A stretch of DNA of 64,000 nucleotides from Alphaproteobacteria bacterium (GCA_965237415.1 CBDEFM010000002.1:2752001-2816000); one strand, 5' to 3'. Positions 18,738-32,319 are shown, counted from the first letter of the stretch. The notes: generated by a model from the sequence alone, not told the origin. A program made the numbers and translations.

Positions 18738-20276
18738 TCAGAGCAGCTGCACGGCGAGCAGCGCTGCGAGCAGCGCGGCGATTACGACAAGCGCGAGAGG
18801 CAGCGCGCTGCCGCCCCGCCTTCGCCCGCTCATCGCCTCCAGGGTGTCGGGCGAAAGCGAGACTCCCGCCTCCAGGCCATCCAGCACCCGTTCGGCGCGC
18901 GCGGCAAGGCGCGGTAGCCGCCCGGCCGCCTCCAGAAGTTCCGCCGCCGTATCGCGCATGCGCGCCTGGACGCCGAGATTCTCCTGCGCCCAGCGCTCGA
19001 TAAGTGGCCGGGTGAAGACCCACATGTTCTGGTCCGGCGTGAGCCGGCGGGTCAGCCCTTCGGCCATCAGCATCGTCTTCTGGAGAAGCAGCAGCTGGGG
19101 CTGGGTCTCCATCTCGAAGGCCTCGGTGATCTGGAACAGCTGGCCGAGCAGTTGGGCGATGGAAATTTCGTTCAGCGGCCGGCCGAGGATCGGCTCGCCG
19201 ATGGACCGCAGCGCCTGGACGAACGCCGCCTTCGAGGTTCGGCGCGGCACGTAGCCGGCTTCGAAGTGCACCTCTGCCACGCGCTCGTAGTCGCCGATCA
19301 GGAAGCCGAGCAGCATCTCCGCCAGATAGCGCCGGGTCTGGGTGTCGAGCCGCCCCATGATCCCGAAATCGACGGCGACGACATTGCCGTCCGCATCCAC
19401 CAGCAGGTTGCCGGGATGCAGGTCGGCGTGGAAGAAGCCGTCCCGGAACGCCTGGTTGAAGAAGGCGCCTGCCGCCTTGCCGAGCACCTCGTGCGGGTCG
19501 TGGCCGGCCGCAATCAGGGCGTCGCGCTCGTCGATCGGGATGCCCTCGACGCGCTCCAGCGTGAGCACGCGGCGGCTGGTCCGCCGCCAGTCGACCGCCG
19601 GCACTAGGAAGCCTGTGTCCTCGGCGAAGTTCTGGCGCAGCTCGGAGGCGGCGGCGGCCTCGAAGCGAAGGTCCATCTCGATCATCACGCTTTGGGCAAA
19701 GGTGCGGATGACCTCGACCGGGCGGAGCCTGCGCCAGGAAGGCAGGGCGCGCTCGGCAAGCTCCGCAAGCCAGTAGAAAAGCTCCAGATCGCGCTCGAAG
19801 GCGCGCTCGACGCCGGGCCTCAGGATCTTGACCGCCACCGGCTCGCCGGTCGCGGTGACCGCGAAGTGCACCTGCGCGATGGAGGCCGCGGCGACCGGCT
19901 CGTCGGTGAACGCCCGGAAGAGCGAGTCGAGCGGCACGCCGAACTCGGACTCCACGATGGCCCGCGCGGCCTTCGCGTCGAAGGGCGGCAGGCGGTCCTG
20001 CAGTGCCGATAGCGCGGCCGCGGTCTCCTCGCCCACCAGGTCCGGCCGGGTGGAGAGCGCCTGGCCGAACTTGATGAAGCTCGGCCCCAGCACCTGGAGC
20101 GCGCCGGCGAGCCGCTGCCCAGGCGTCCCCAACCCTCGCTTCTTGGGAGCCATGCCGGCGAGGAAGGTCACCGGCGGCACGAGGCCGTGGTCGTTCAGGA
20201 GGAAGAGCGCATCCCAGCGCCCCAGGGTCCAGGCAATCCGCAGCAGCCGCCCAATATTTCTGAGCGCCCGGCGCAT
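18738..20276 (-). CDS. ubiB: Ubiquinone biosynthesis kinase-like protein UbiB
   Basis: LGPSFIKFGQ.LSTRPD, AAASIAQVH, VAVKILRP, FFHADLHPGN, DFGIMG. Confidence 0.95.
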   Translation of the reverse strand: MRRALRNIGRLLRIAWTLGRWDALFLLNDHGLVPPVTFLAGMAPKKRGLGTPGQRLAGALQVLGPSFIKFGQALSTRPDLVGEETAAALSALQDRLPPFDAKAARAIVESEFGVPLDSLFRAFTDEPVAAASIAQVHFAVTATGEPVAVKILRPGVERAFERDLELFYWLAELAERALPSWRRLRPVEVIRTFAQSVMIEMDLRFEAAAASELRQNFAEDTGFLVPAVDWRRTSRRVLTLERVEGIPIDERDALIAAGHDPHEVLGKAAGAFFNQAFRDGFFHADLHPGNLLVDADGNVVAVDFGIMGRLDTQTRRYLAEMLLGFLIGDYERVAEVHFEAGYVPRRTSKAAFVQALRSIGEPILGRPLNEISIAQLLGQLFQITEAFEMETQPQLLLLQKTMLMAEGLTRRLTPDQNMWVFTRPLIERWAQENLGVQARMRDTAAELLEAAGRLPRLAARAERVLDGLEAGVSLSPDTLEAMSGRRRGGSALPLALVVIAALLAALLAVQLL

Positions 20277-20287
20277 GATGGGTGCGT

Positions 20288-20464
20288 TAGCCCGGAATTC
20301 TCACCAATGTCATGGACAGCGCCGCCCTTCGGGTCGCACCCAGACGCCCGCCCGCGGCGTCGCGGGCCTCAACCGTAGCTCCAGCTACGCTTTTCGGCCC
20401 GCTCCTGGCGGATCGAACGTCTGGGTGCGACGCAGGCCGTGACATTGGTGAGAAATCCGGGCTA
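20288..20464. mobile_element. MITE-like palindromic element, copy 2 (internally shorter)
   Basis: Terminal inverted repeats TAGCCCGGAATTCTCACCAATGTCATGG / CCGTGACATTGGTGAGAAATCCGGGCTA; core nearly identical to ~10124-10274; lacks ~90 bp present in copy 1. Confidence 0.85.
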
Positions 20465-21232
20465 GATGCGCCAGCCCGAATGGAGCGTGGCGATGCCGGC
20501 CGAGAGTGGGCGCACGCGCACGCCGCCGAAGCCGGCGTCGGTCATCATGGTGGCGAGCAGCTCGGGCGGGGGAAAGCGCCGAATGCTCTCCACCAGATAG
20601 GCGTAGGCGTCGCGCTGGCCGGTCACCGCCGCGCCGATGAGCGGAATGACGGCGAAGGAATAGGCGTTGTACAGTCGCTCGATGCCGGCGGGCGGGCGGG
20701 AGCTGAACTCGAGGCAGAGGAAGCGCCCGCCGGGCCTGAGCACGCGCTTGGCCTCGGCCAGCGCGCGTTCGATCCGGGTCAGGTTGCGAATGCCGAAGGC
20801 GATCGTGCAGGCATCCACCGAGCGCGCCGGCAGCGGCAGCGCCTCCGCATCGCCCACCAGCCAGTCGATGCCACCGACGATGCCTGCGTTCCACGTGCGC
20901 TCGCGGCCCGCGTCCACCATCTGCTCGCTCGCATCGCAGACGATCACGCGGCCCTCGCCCTCCATCGCGGCCAGCACGCGCCGGGCGACGTCGCCGGTGC
21001 CGCCCGCCACATCGAGCACGGCCATGCCGGGGCGGGGTGCGAGCCACGCCACCATCTCCCGCTTCCAGAGGCGATGGATGCCGCCGCTCATCAGGTCGTT
21101 CATCAGGTCGTAGCGGCCGGCGACCCGGTCGAAGAGGTCGCGGACGAGCCCCGGCTTCTCGTGCTCGCCGACGCGGCGGAAGCCGAAGTCGGCGCCATCC
21201 GTGGCGTCGTGCTCACCGCGCGCAGAGGCCAT
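20462..21232 (-). CDS. ubiE: Ubiquinone/menaquinone C-methyltransferase
   Basis: FDRVAGRYDLMNDLMSGGIHRLWK, LDVAGGTGD, IAFGIRN, YAYLVESIRRFP. Confidence 0.96.
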   Translation of the reverse strand: MASARGEHDATDGADFGFRRVGEHEKPGLVRDLFDRVAGRYDLMNDLMSGGIHRLWKREMVAWLAPRPGMAVLDVAGGTGDVARRVLAAMEGEGRVIVCDASEQMVDAGRERTWNAGIVGGIDWLVGDAEALPLPARSVDACTIAFGIRNLTRIERALAEAKRVLRPGGRFLCLEFSSRPPAGIERLYNAYSFAVIPLIGAAVTGQRDAYAYLVESIRRFPPPELLATMMTDAGFGGVRVRPLSAGIATLHSGWRI

Positions 21233-21281
21233 GGCGGCGACCATAGCCCAGCGGCAAAACCCGCGCTACCGTAGCCGCAGG

Positions 21282-22106
21282 ATGCCGGAATTGCCTGAGG
21301 TCGAAACCGTGCGCCGCGGGCTTGCCGCGCGCCTCGTCGGCCGGCGCATCACCCACGTCACGGTGCGCCGCCCCGATCTCCGGCGCCCGCTCCCGCCCGA
21401 CATGGGACAAGCGCTCACGGGCCGTGCGGTGCAGGGTTTTGGACGGCGCGGCAAGTACCTGCTTGTGCACCTCGATAGTGGCAGCGTGCTCATCGTCCAT
21501 CTCGGCATGTCGGGGCGCCTCTCCATCGATGCAGCGCCGAGCGGCGGCGCGCACGAGCATGTCGTCCTGCACTTCGATGACGGCGCAGTGCTGCGCTACG
21601 ACGACCACCGGCGCTTCGGACTGATGGACCTGACGGAGGCCGCGCGGCTCGAGGAACATGAGCTGTTGCGCAGCATGGGACCCGAGCCGCTCGCGGCCGA
21701 CTTCGACGGGCTGGCGCTCGCAAAGCGGCTCTCCGGCAAGGACACGCCGATCAAGGCCGCCCTGCTCGATCAGCGCGTCATCGCAGGGCTCGGCAACATC
21801 TACGTCTGCGAGGCGCTCTTCTACGCCGGGCTGAGCCCCAGGCGCCGCGCAGGCTCGGTGCAAGGCAAGCGCGCGGACCGGCTGGCCACGGCGATCCGGG
21901 ACGTGCTGGAAGCGGCCATCGAGGCCGGCGGATCGTCGCTTCGCGACTATGTGCAGGCGTCGGGCGAGCTCGGCTACTTTCAGCACCGCTTCGCGGTCTA
22001 CGACCGGGCGGATCTGCCGTGCCCCGGGTGCGACTGCGGTGCTGCGGTGCGTCGCATCGTGCAGAGCGGGCGCTCGACATTCTATTGCGCTAAGCGCCAA
22101 CGGTGA
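21282..22106 (+). CDS. mutM: Formamidopyrimidine-DNA glycosylase
   Basis: MPELPEVE N-terminus, RRGKYL, HLGMSG, GLGNIYVCE, GRSTFYC. Confidence 0.97.
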   Translation: MPELPEVETVRRGLAARLVGRRITHVTVRRPDLRRPLPPDMGQALTGRAVQGFGRRGKYLLVHLDSGSVLIVHLGMSGRLSIDAAPSGGAHEHVVLHFDDGAVLRYDDHRRFGLMDLTEAARLEEHELLRSMGPEPLAADFDGLALAKRLSGKDTPIKAALLDQRVIAGLGNIYVCEALFYAGLSPRRRAGSVQGKRADRLATAIRDVLEAAIEAGGSSLRDYVQASGELGYFQHRFAVYDRADLPCPGCDCGAAVRRIVQSGRSTFYCAKRQR

Positions 22107-22199
22107 GTTATCAGGCGAGCCGCACGCCGCTCGCGGCGCCCGGCCGGCAGCAGCCTGCCCACCCAGAATGCGGGCCCCGGCCGCTTAAGGGAGAACACG

Positions 22200-22973
22200 A
22201 TGGCGTACGAAAACATCACCGTCGACCGGCGCGGCCGGGTCGGCCTGATCACGCTGAACCGGCCCAAGGCCCTGAACGCGCTGAATGGCGCGCTGATCGA
22301 CGAGCTCAATGCCGTGCTCGACAGCTTCGAGGCGGACGAGGAGATCGGCGCCGTCGTCATTACCGGGAACGAGAAGGCCTTTGCGGCCGGTGCCGACATC
22401 ACCGAGATGCGGTCGATGAGCTTCGTGGATGCGCACGGCAGCGACTTCATCGCCAAGTGGAATCGCATCACCGCCTTCCGCAAGCCGGTCGTCGCGGCGG
22501 TCGCGGGCTATGCGCTCGGCGGGGGCTGCGAACTCGCGATGATGTGCGATATCGCGATTGCGGCCGACAATGCGAAATTCGGCCAGCCGGAAATCAAGCT
22601 CGGCGTCATACCCGGCGCCGGCGGCACCCAGCGCCTCACCCGCGCCGTCGGCAAGTCGAAGGCGATGGAGATGGTCCTGACCGGGCGCATGATGAATGCC
22701 GGGGAGGCCGAGCGCAGCGGGCTCGTGAGCCGTGTGGTGCCGGTCGCCGACGTCGTGGACGAGGCGATCACCGTCGCCAAGCGGATCGCGCACTTCTCCG
22801 CGCCCACCGTCGCGCTCGCCAAGGCAAGCGTCAACCGCGCCTTCGAGACCACGCTGGCCGAGGGCGTGCTGTACGAGCGCGCGGTCTTCTACGCGAGTTT
22901 CGCCACCGAGGATAAGAGGGAAGGTATGGACGCCTTCATCGAGAAGCGCGAGCCGGCCTTCACCAATCGTTAG
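22200..22973 (+). CDS. Enoyl-CoA hydratase
   Basis: [46 protein letters not shown]. Confidence 0.93.
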   Translation: MAYENITVDRRGRVGLITLNRPKALNALNGALIDELNAVLDSFEADEEIGAVVITGNEKAFAAGADITEMRSMSFVDAHGSDFIAKWNRITAFRKPVVAAVAGYALGGGCELAMMCDIAIAADNAKFGQPEIKLGVIPGAGGTQRLTRAVGKSKAMEMVLTGRMMNAGEAERSGLVSRVVPVADVVDEAITVAKRIAHFSAPTVALAKASVNRAFETTLAEGVLYERAVFYASFATEDKREGMDAFIEKREPAFTNR

Positions 22974-23019
22974 GCGGCGCCGTACCCCTCGGTCGGCCCG
23001 TGCCGGGCCGATGGCACCG

Positions 23020-23047
23020 TTGACCCCGCCGGCGGGCGTGGTATAAG
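23020..23047 (+). promoter_or_regulatory. sigma70 promoter of rpsT
   Basis: TTGACC-16 bp-TATAAG, preceded by an extended TGn. Confidence 0.6.
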
Positions 23048-23077
23048 GCCGCCCAACTTCAAGAGAGACCTCCGTCC

Positions 23078-23347
23078 ATGGCCCATTCGAGCCAAGCCCG
23101 CAAGCGGGTCCGGCAGAACAAGCGCCGCGCCGCGATCAACCGCGGGCGGCTTTCTCGTGTCCGCACCTTTGTCCGCCGCGTTGAGGAAGCAATTGCGAGC
23201 GGCGACAAGAGCCAGGCCGAGCAGGCGCTGCGCGAGGCCCAGCCGGAGATCATGCGCGGCGCGACGAAGGCGCTCTTGCATCGGCGAACCGCGGCCCGCC
23301 GGGTCTCGTCGCTCGCGCGCCGCGTGGGCGCACTCCCCGAGGGCTAG
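23078..23347 (+). CDS. rpsT: 30S ribosomal protein S20
   Basis: QARKRVRQ...N...SRVRTF...EAI.SGD...TAARRVS.L; conserved position upstream of dnaA. Confidence 0.95.
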   Translation: MAHSSQARKRVRQNKRRAAINRGRLSRVRTFVRRVEEAIASGDKSQAEQALREAQPEIMRGATKALLHRRTAARRVSSLARRVGALPEG

Positions 23348-23947
23348 ACCGAACCGCGGCGACTGTGCCGCTCGCGCACCGCATGGGTGCGCTCCCCGAC
23401 AGCTAGGCGCCTAACCAGCCTGTGTCGCTCACGGGCCGAGCGACTGTGCGCCCCGACAGCGACAAGCGGACCGCGCCCGGAGCGCACTCATACAATCTTG
23501 GTAAGAAGCCTTTCCCTATTTGAACTGACGGCTCGGCAGCGGCGGTCTTGCCGGGTCGATTCCGGTCGAGGCACCAACCGATTGGCAGTGCTCGTTCACT
23601 TCGCTAGCCAAGACTATGCGCAAAGTGTAATGGCCAGAATTTTCGCCGGTTCCGCTTTCATACCCGTTGCCAGCGCCGCCGCCTCAAATTAGCCTAACTG
23701 TCACATTCCGCCGGAAGGAGCCGCCGGCGGAATGCAAAGCAAAAATCACCGATGTTGACGACGGCGAGGCGAGCATTGCTTGCCCGGGAAGGGAGACCCA
23801 CCGCCGCCCCCTACAACCATGACACGATACAAGAACATAAATGGGATCAAACAGGGAGATTAGCGGAACAAACGGGTCACCACGGCGTGAGATGCCTCAT
23901 TGCGTCGTACGCATGGAGGCCGCCCGCCGCCGGGGCGGGCCGTGCTC

Positions 23948-25396
23948 ATGCGGCTCGCACCGCCGACGGATGGGATCCCGCCCGTGACGGACCACGCGCC
24001 GCCGCCGGCCCGAGACGGGCAAGACGCCTGGCACAGGGTGCGCGCGCGGCTTCTCGCGGAGGTCGGCCAAGCCACCTTCGCGAGCTGGCTGGCGCCGCTC
24101 ATCCTGGTCGCTATCGACGGTGATCAGGTCACCCTCGGCGTCGGCACGCGCTTCCTCCGCGATTGGGTCGCTTCGCGCTATGCCCATCGCATCGCGGCGC
24201 TCTGGGCCGAAGAACGACACGGCGTCCAGAGCGCCCGCATCGTGATCCATGCGGGACAGCAGCAGGCAGGCGAGGGCGAGCCGCGCACGGCCGGCGAGTC
24301 GCCCACAGCCCGGCGGGGCAGCGGTAACGTTGCGCGGGCACAGGGCGGGGCGCTGGCCGATCTCGGCTCGCCGCTCAACGGCCGCTTCACCTTCCGCGAA
24401 TTCGTCGTCGGCGAGACCAACGAACTCGCCCACGCGGCGGCGCAACAGGTCGCGGGCGTCGATCACCTTCCGTTCAACCCGCTCTATCTCTACGGCGGCG
24501 TCGGCCTCGGCAAGACCCACCTCTTGCACGCGACCGCGTGGTGCATTCGCGGCCGCGAGCCGGGGCGGCGCGTCCTGTACCTCTCCGCCGAACGCTTCAT
24601 GTACCGGTTCGTCCAGGCGATCAGGCAAAAGGACACGGTGGCGTTCAAGGAAAAGTTACGCTCCGCCGACGTGCTGCTCATCGACGACATCCAGTTCATC
24701 TGCGACAAGGAAAGCACGCAGGAGGAATTTCTCCACACGCTCAACGCGCTTCTCGACCATCGTTGCCAGGTGGTGGTCTCCGGCGACCGCTCGCCCTCCC
24801 GCCTCGACGGGATGGGGGAGCGCCTCAGGTCCCGCCTCGCAGGGGGCCTCGCCGTCGACATCCTCCCCGCAAACTACGAGCTTCGCCTCGGAATTCTGCG
24901 CGAAAAGGCGGCGCCGCTGGGGATCGCCGATGCACCGCGAGAGGTGCTGGAGTTCCTGGCCCGGCAGATCTCGTCGAACGTGCGCGAGCTCGAGATGGCC
25001 CTCAATCGCATTGCCGCCCATGCCGCCCTCCTGGGAGGCGCGATAACGCTGCAAACGACCCAGTCGGTTCTGCGTGACGTTCTTGGCGTAAAGGAGCGGC
25101 GGATCACGATTGAGGAAATCCAACGGCGGGTCGCCGCGCACTACAACATCAAGCCTGCGGAGTTGTCGTCGAACCGGCGTGCACAGGTAGTGGTGCGGCC
25201 GCGCCATGTGGCGATGTACCTCGCCAAGCAGCTCACGTCGCGCTCGCTGCCGGAGATCGGCCGCAAGTTCGGCAAACGCGACCACACCACGGTCATGTAC
25301 GCGATCCGCCGCATCGAGGAATTGCGGCCCAAGGACGCGGCTCTCGACGAAGACGTGGAGTTTCTCCGGCAAAGCCTCGAAGACCCGAATCGCTGA
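23948..25396 (+). CDS. dnaA: Chromosomal replication initiator DnaA (start uncertain: 23948 or 23984)
   Basis: NPLYLYGGVGLGKTHL Walker A, LLIDDIQF, TQEEF.H..N.L, SLPEIGRKFG.RDHTTV. Confidence 0.97.
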   Translation: MRLAPPTDGIPPVTDHAPPPARDGQDAWHRVRARLLAEVGQATFASWLAPLILVAIDGDQVTLGVGTRFLRDWVASRYAHRIAALWAEERHGVQSARIVIHAGQQQAGEGEPRTAGESPTARRGSGNVARAQGGALADLGSPLNGRFTFREFVVGETNELAHAAAQQVAGVDHLPFNPLYLYGGVGLGKTHLLHATAWCIRGREPGRRVLYLSAERFMYRFVQAIRQKDTVAFKEKLRSADVLLIDDIQFICDKESTQEEFLHTLNALLDHRCQVVVSGDRSPSRLDGMGERLRSRLAGGLAVDILPANYELRLGILREKAAPLGIADAPREVLEFLARQISSNVRELEMALNRIAAHAALLGGAITLQTTQSVLRDVLGVKERRITIEEIQRRVAAHYNIKPAELSSNRRAQVVVRPRHVAMYLAKQLTSRSLPEIGRKFGKRDHTTVMYAIRRIEELRPKDAALDEDVEFLRQSLEDPNR

Positions 25397-25552
25397 CGGC
25401 CGGCGAATGCGAGCGGTCGGTTGCACGGTGAAGGCGTGCAGGCAAGGCGCAGCGCCTTAAGGGCTGGTTGCGCGCCGATGGGGCTGCGAAATCCGGCACT
25501 TCTCCGCTATAATGAGAGGTGAATCGACCGCGACTCAGGAGTCCGAGCGATC

Positions 25553-26680
25553 ATGAAGCTGACCATCGAACGCTCAACGCTTCTGAGCTCCCTGGCGCAT
25601 GTGCAAAGCGTTGTCGAACGCCGCAACACGATCCCTATTCTCGCCAATGTGCGCATCGATGCGCAGGGGAGCGATCGCCTGCGCCTCACCGCGACGGACA
25701 TGGACCTCGCCGTGGTCGACGAGGCCGACGCCGCCGTCGAGCAGGAAGGTGCGGTGACCACGACTGCGCTCACCCTCTACGATATCGTCCGCAAGCTGCC
25801 GGACGGTGCGCAGGTCGCGATGAATCTCGACAGCGGCGACGGCGGGCAGCTCGACGTGGTCTCCGGGCGCTCCCGCTTCCGTCTCTCCTGCCTCCCGATC
25901 GCCGAGTTCCCGATCATGGCCGACGGCGAGCTGCCCCATTCTTTCGAGTTGCCGCGGGATCATTTGCGGCGCCTGATCGACAAGACCCGGTTCGCCATCT
26001 CGACCGAGGAGACCCGCTATTATCTCAACGGCATCCACCTGCATAAGGCTGAGGACCAGGAGGGGATCGCGCGGCTGCGCGCCGTCGCCACCGACGGCCA
26101 CCGGCTCTCCTGCGCCGACGTGGCGCTGCCGGAGGGGGCAGCGGACCTGCCGAGTGTGATCGTCCCGCGCAAGACCGTCGCGGAAGTCCGCAAGCTGATC
26201 GACGACGGCGACCAGCCGGTCTCCATCGCGCTGTCCGAGACCAGAATCCGCTTCAACATCGGCGCCGCCCAGCTCACCTCGAAGCTCATCGATGGCTCGT
26301 TCCCGGACTACGAGCGGGTCATCCCGCGCGGCAACCAGAATGTGTTGACCGTGGCGAACGGTGGCTTCGCCGAGGCCGTGGATCGGGTCTCCTCGATCTC
26401 CACGGACCGCTCCCATGCGATCAAGCTCTCCATCCGCTCGGGCACGGTCACGTTGCAGGCCAACAGCCCCGACACGGGAACCGCGACCGAAGAGCTGGAC
26501 GCCGACTATGGCGCCGAGCCGCTCGATATCGGTCTCAACGCGCGCTATGTGCTTGATGTAAGTGGACAAATTGAGAGCGAGTCAATCCGTTTCTTCTTTG
26601 GCGATGCCGGCTCGCCGACGCTGGTGCGGGACACCGGCGATTCCGGCGCGCTCCACGTCATCATGCCGCTCCGCGTTTAG
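25553..26680 (+). CDS. dnaN: DNA polymerase III beta clamp
   Basis: VVERRNTIPILANV, FAISTEETRYYLNG, VATDGHRL, LIDGSFPDY, IMPLRV. TATAAT at 25508-25513 may be its promoter. Confidence 0.98.
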   Translation: MKLTIERSTLLSSLAHVQSVVERRNTIPILANVRIDAQGSDRLRLTATDMDLAVVDEADAAVEQEGAVTTTALTLYDIVRKLPDGAQVAMNLDSGDGGQLDVVSGRSRFRLSCLPIAEFPIMADGELPHSFELPRDHLRRLIDKTRFAISTEETRYYLNGIHLHKAEDQEGIARLRAVATDGHRLSCADVALPEGAADLPSVIVPRKTVAEVRKLIDDGDQPVSIALSETRIRFNIGAAQLTSKLIDGSFPDYERVIPRGNQNVLTVANGGFAEAVDRVSSISTDRSHAIKLSIRSGTVTLQANSPDTGTATEELDADYGAEPLDIGLNARYVLDVSGQIESESIRFFFGDAGSPTLVRDTGDSGALHVIMPLRV

Positions 26681-30327
<3,647 letters not shown>

Positions 30328-30348
30328 CCAGAACTTCTAATCGGGGCT

Positions 30349-32319
30349 ATGGCAGCACGCCGCTCGCCCCCGCCGAAACGGCCCCGCGCGCAAGCGAAAC
30401 GCTCTTCGACCCGCGCAAAAGCAAAGCCCGGCGGCACGAAAGCGAAGTCAGGCGGCGCAAAGCCGAAGACCGCCGCCACGAAAGGGAAGTCCGGCGGCAC
30501 CAAGCCGAGGACGGGAGGCAAGAAGCCGCGCACGCCCGCGCGGCCTCCGCGGCCACGGAGGCGCGTCTGGCGCATCGCCAAGTGGTGCGCGGTCTTCGTC
30601 CTCTGGCTCGTGGTGCTGGGCGCCGGATTCGTCGGCTATTACGGGCACGACCTGCCCGATACCGAGCACCTCACGGGCCCTGAGACGCCGCTTGCCATCA
30701 CGGTGTTGGCGGCGGACGGCTCCGAGGTCGCCACCGTGGGCGAGATGTGGGGCGAGCTGATCCCGGCTGAGGAGATGGCGCCGGTGCTGCTCCAGGCCGT
30801 TCTCGCGATCGAGGACCGGCGCTTCTTCACCCACGGCGGGATCGACGCCTTCGGCGTGATCCGCGCAGCGTGGCAGAACGCTGTCGAGGGCCGCGTGGTC
30901 GCCGGCGGCAGCACGATCTCCCAACAGGTCGCGAAGCTCGTGTTCCTCTCGCCCGAGCGCAGCGTCAAGCGCAAGATTCAGGAGGCGATGCTCGCCTTCT
31001 GGCTGGAGCGGGAGTTCACCAAGCAAGAAATCCTCACGATCTACCTCAACCGCGCCTACTTCGGTGCCGGTGCCTACGGCGTCGACGCTGCGGCGCGGCG
31101 CTACTTCGGCCGCTCGGCGCGCGATCTCGATGTGGCGCAAGCCGCCATGATCGCGGGCCTGCTCAAGGCGCCGTCGCGCTACAGCCCGGCCAACGACCTC
31201 AAGCTCGCGCGGAAGCGCGCCGGTGTCGTTGTCGATGCGATGGTCGATGCGGACTTCCTCACGGAGTCCGAGGGCAAGGCGGCGAAGGCGCGCGTGGAGA
31301 TCCTCTCCGTCACCCCGCAGAGCGGCCCGCCGGCGGGGTACTTCGTCGATTGGGTGCGTGGGCAGGTGCCGGGCTACGTCGGGCGCGACCACGGGGCGCT
31401 CCGCGTCTTCACCTCTCTTGATCCTGCGCGCCAGCGGGCGGCGCAGGCGGCGCTCACCGAAGCCCTCGCCGCAGCAGGCAAGAGCCGCAAGATCGGGCAG
31501 GGCGCCCTCGTCGCGCTGGATGAGAACGGCGCCGTGCGCGCCATGGTCGGCGGGCGCGACTATTCCAAGAGCGTGTTCAACCGGGCGACGCAGGCGCGGC
31601 GGCAGCCAGGCTCGGCCTTCAAGACGGTGGTCTATCTCGCCGCCATCGAGGCGGGGCTTCAGCCTGACGACACGATCGAGGACGCGCCCATCACCGTCGC
31701 CGGATGGTCGCCCCGCAACTATGACGGTGAGTATCGGGGGCCGGTGACGGTGCGCGAGGGCTTTGCCCGCTCGATCAACAGCGTGGCCGTGCGTGTGGGC
31801 TTACGTGCGGGCGTGAATCGGGTGCACGAGACGGCGCGACGGCTCGGGATCGAGAGCACGCTCCCCGCCGATGCGAGCATCGCGCTCGGCACCGGCGAGG
31901 TCACCTTGCTTGAGCTGACCTCGGCCTACGTGGCGCTCGCCAACGGGGGTGCGCGCGCGCTGCCCCACGGCATCGTCGAGATCCGCAATCGCGCGGGAGA
32001 CGTGCTCTATCGCCGCGCGGGCTCGGGCGCCGGCCGTGCAGCGGACGGCGCGGCGGTGGCGGCGATGCGCGACCTGCTCGGAGCCGCCGTCGCCCAAGGC
32101 ACCGGCCGCGCCGCCCGGCTCCCGCAGGGGCTGGGGCCGGCCTACGGCAAGACCGGCACCAGCCAAAAGTTCCGCGATGCGTGGTTTGTCGGCTGGGCCG
32201 GCGGGCTCGCTGCAGGCGTCTGGCTCGGCAACGACGACGGCAGCGCGATGGACGAGGTCACTGGCGGCGGTTATCCGGCCGAAATCTGGCGAAGTTTCAT
32301 GGTGGAGGCGCTTCGGTAG
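30349..32319 (+). CDS. Class A penicillin-binding protein (PBP1A family)
   Basis: Transglycosylase EDRRF..H.G, GGSTISQQ.AK, RKIQE; transpeptidase GSAFK, SIN, KTGT. Confidence 0.95.
   Translation: MAARRSPPPKRPRAQAKRSSTRAKAKPGGTKAKSGGAKPKTAATKGKSGGTKPRTGGKKPRTPARPPRPRRRVWRIAKWCAVFVLWLVVLGAGFVGYYGHDLPDTEHLTGPETPLAITVLAADGSEVATVGEMWGELIPAEEMAPVLLQAVLAIEDRRFFTHGGIDAFGVIRAAWQNAVEGRVVAGGSTISQQVAKLVFLSPERSVKRKIQEAMLAFWLEREFTKQEILTIYLNRAYFGAGAYGVDAAARRYFGRSARDLDVAQAAMIAGLLKAPSRYSPANDLKLARKRAGVVVDAMVDADFLTESEGKAAKARVEILSVTPQSGPPAGYFVDWVRGQVPGYVGRDHGALRVFTSLDPARQRAAQAALTEALAAAGKSRKIGQGALVALDENGAVRAMVGGRDYSKSVFNRATQARRQPGSAFKTVVYLAAIEAGLQPDDTIEDAPITVAGWSPRNYDGEYRGPVTVREGFARSINSVAVRVGLRAGVNRVHETARRLGIESTLPADASIALGTGEVTLLELTSAYVALANGGARALPHGIVEIRNRAGDVLYRRAGSGAGRAADGAAVAAMRDLLGAAVAQGTGRAARLPQGLGPAYGKTGTSQKFRDAWFVGWAGGLAAGVWLGNDDGSAMDEVTGGGYPAEIWRSFMVEALR
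30430..30534 (+). repeat. Five degenerate 21-bp coding repeats (GGxKx[KR][ST])
   Basis: GGTKAKS/GGAKPKT/AATKGKS/GGTKPRT/GGKKPRT in the PBP N-terminal tail. Confidence 0.75.

Noticed and set aside
23348-25552. oriC next to dnaA
   Set aside because: No TTATCCACA-type box cluster or clear DUE seen in either dnaA-flanking intergenic region; alphaproteobacterial oriC is often near hemE instead.
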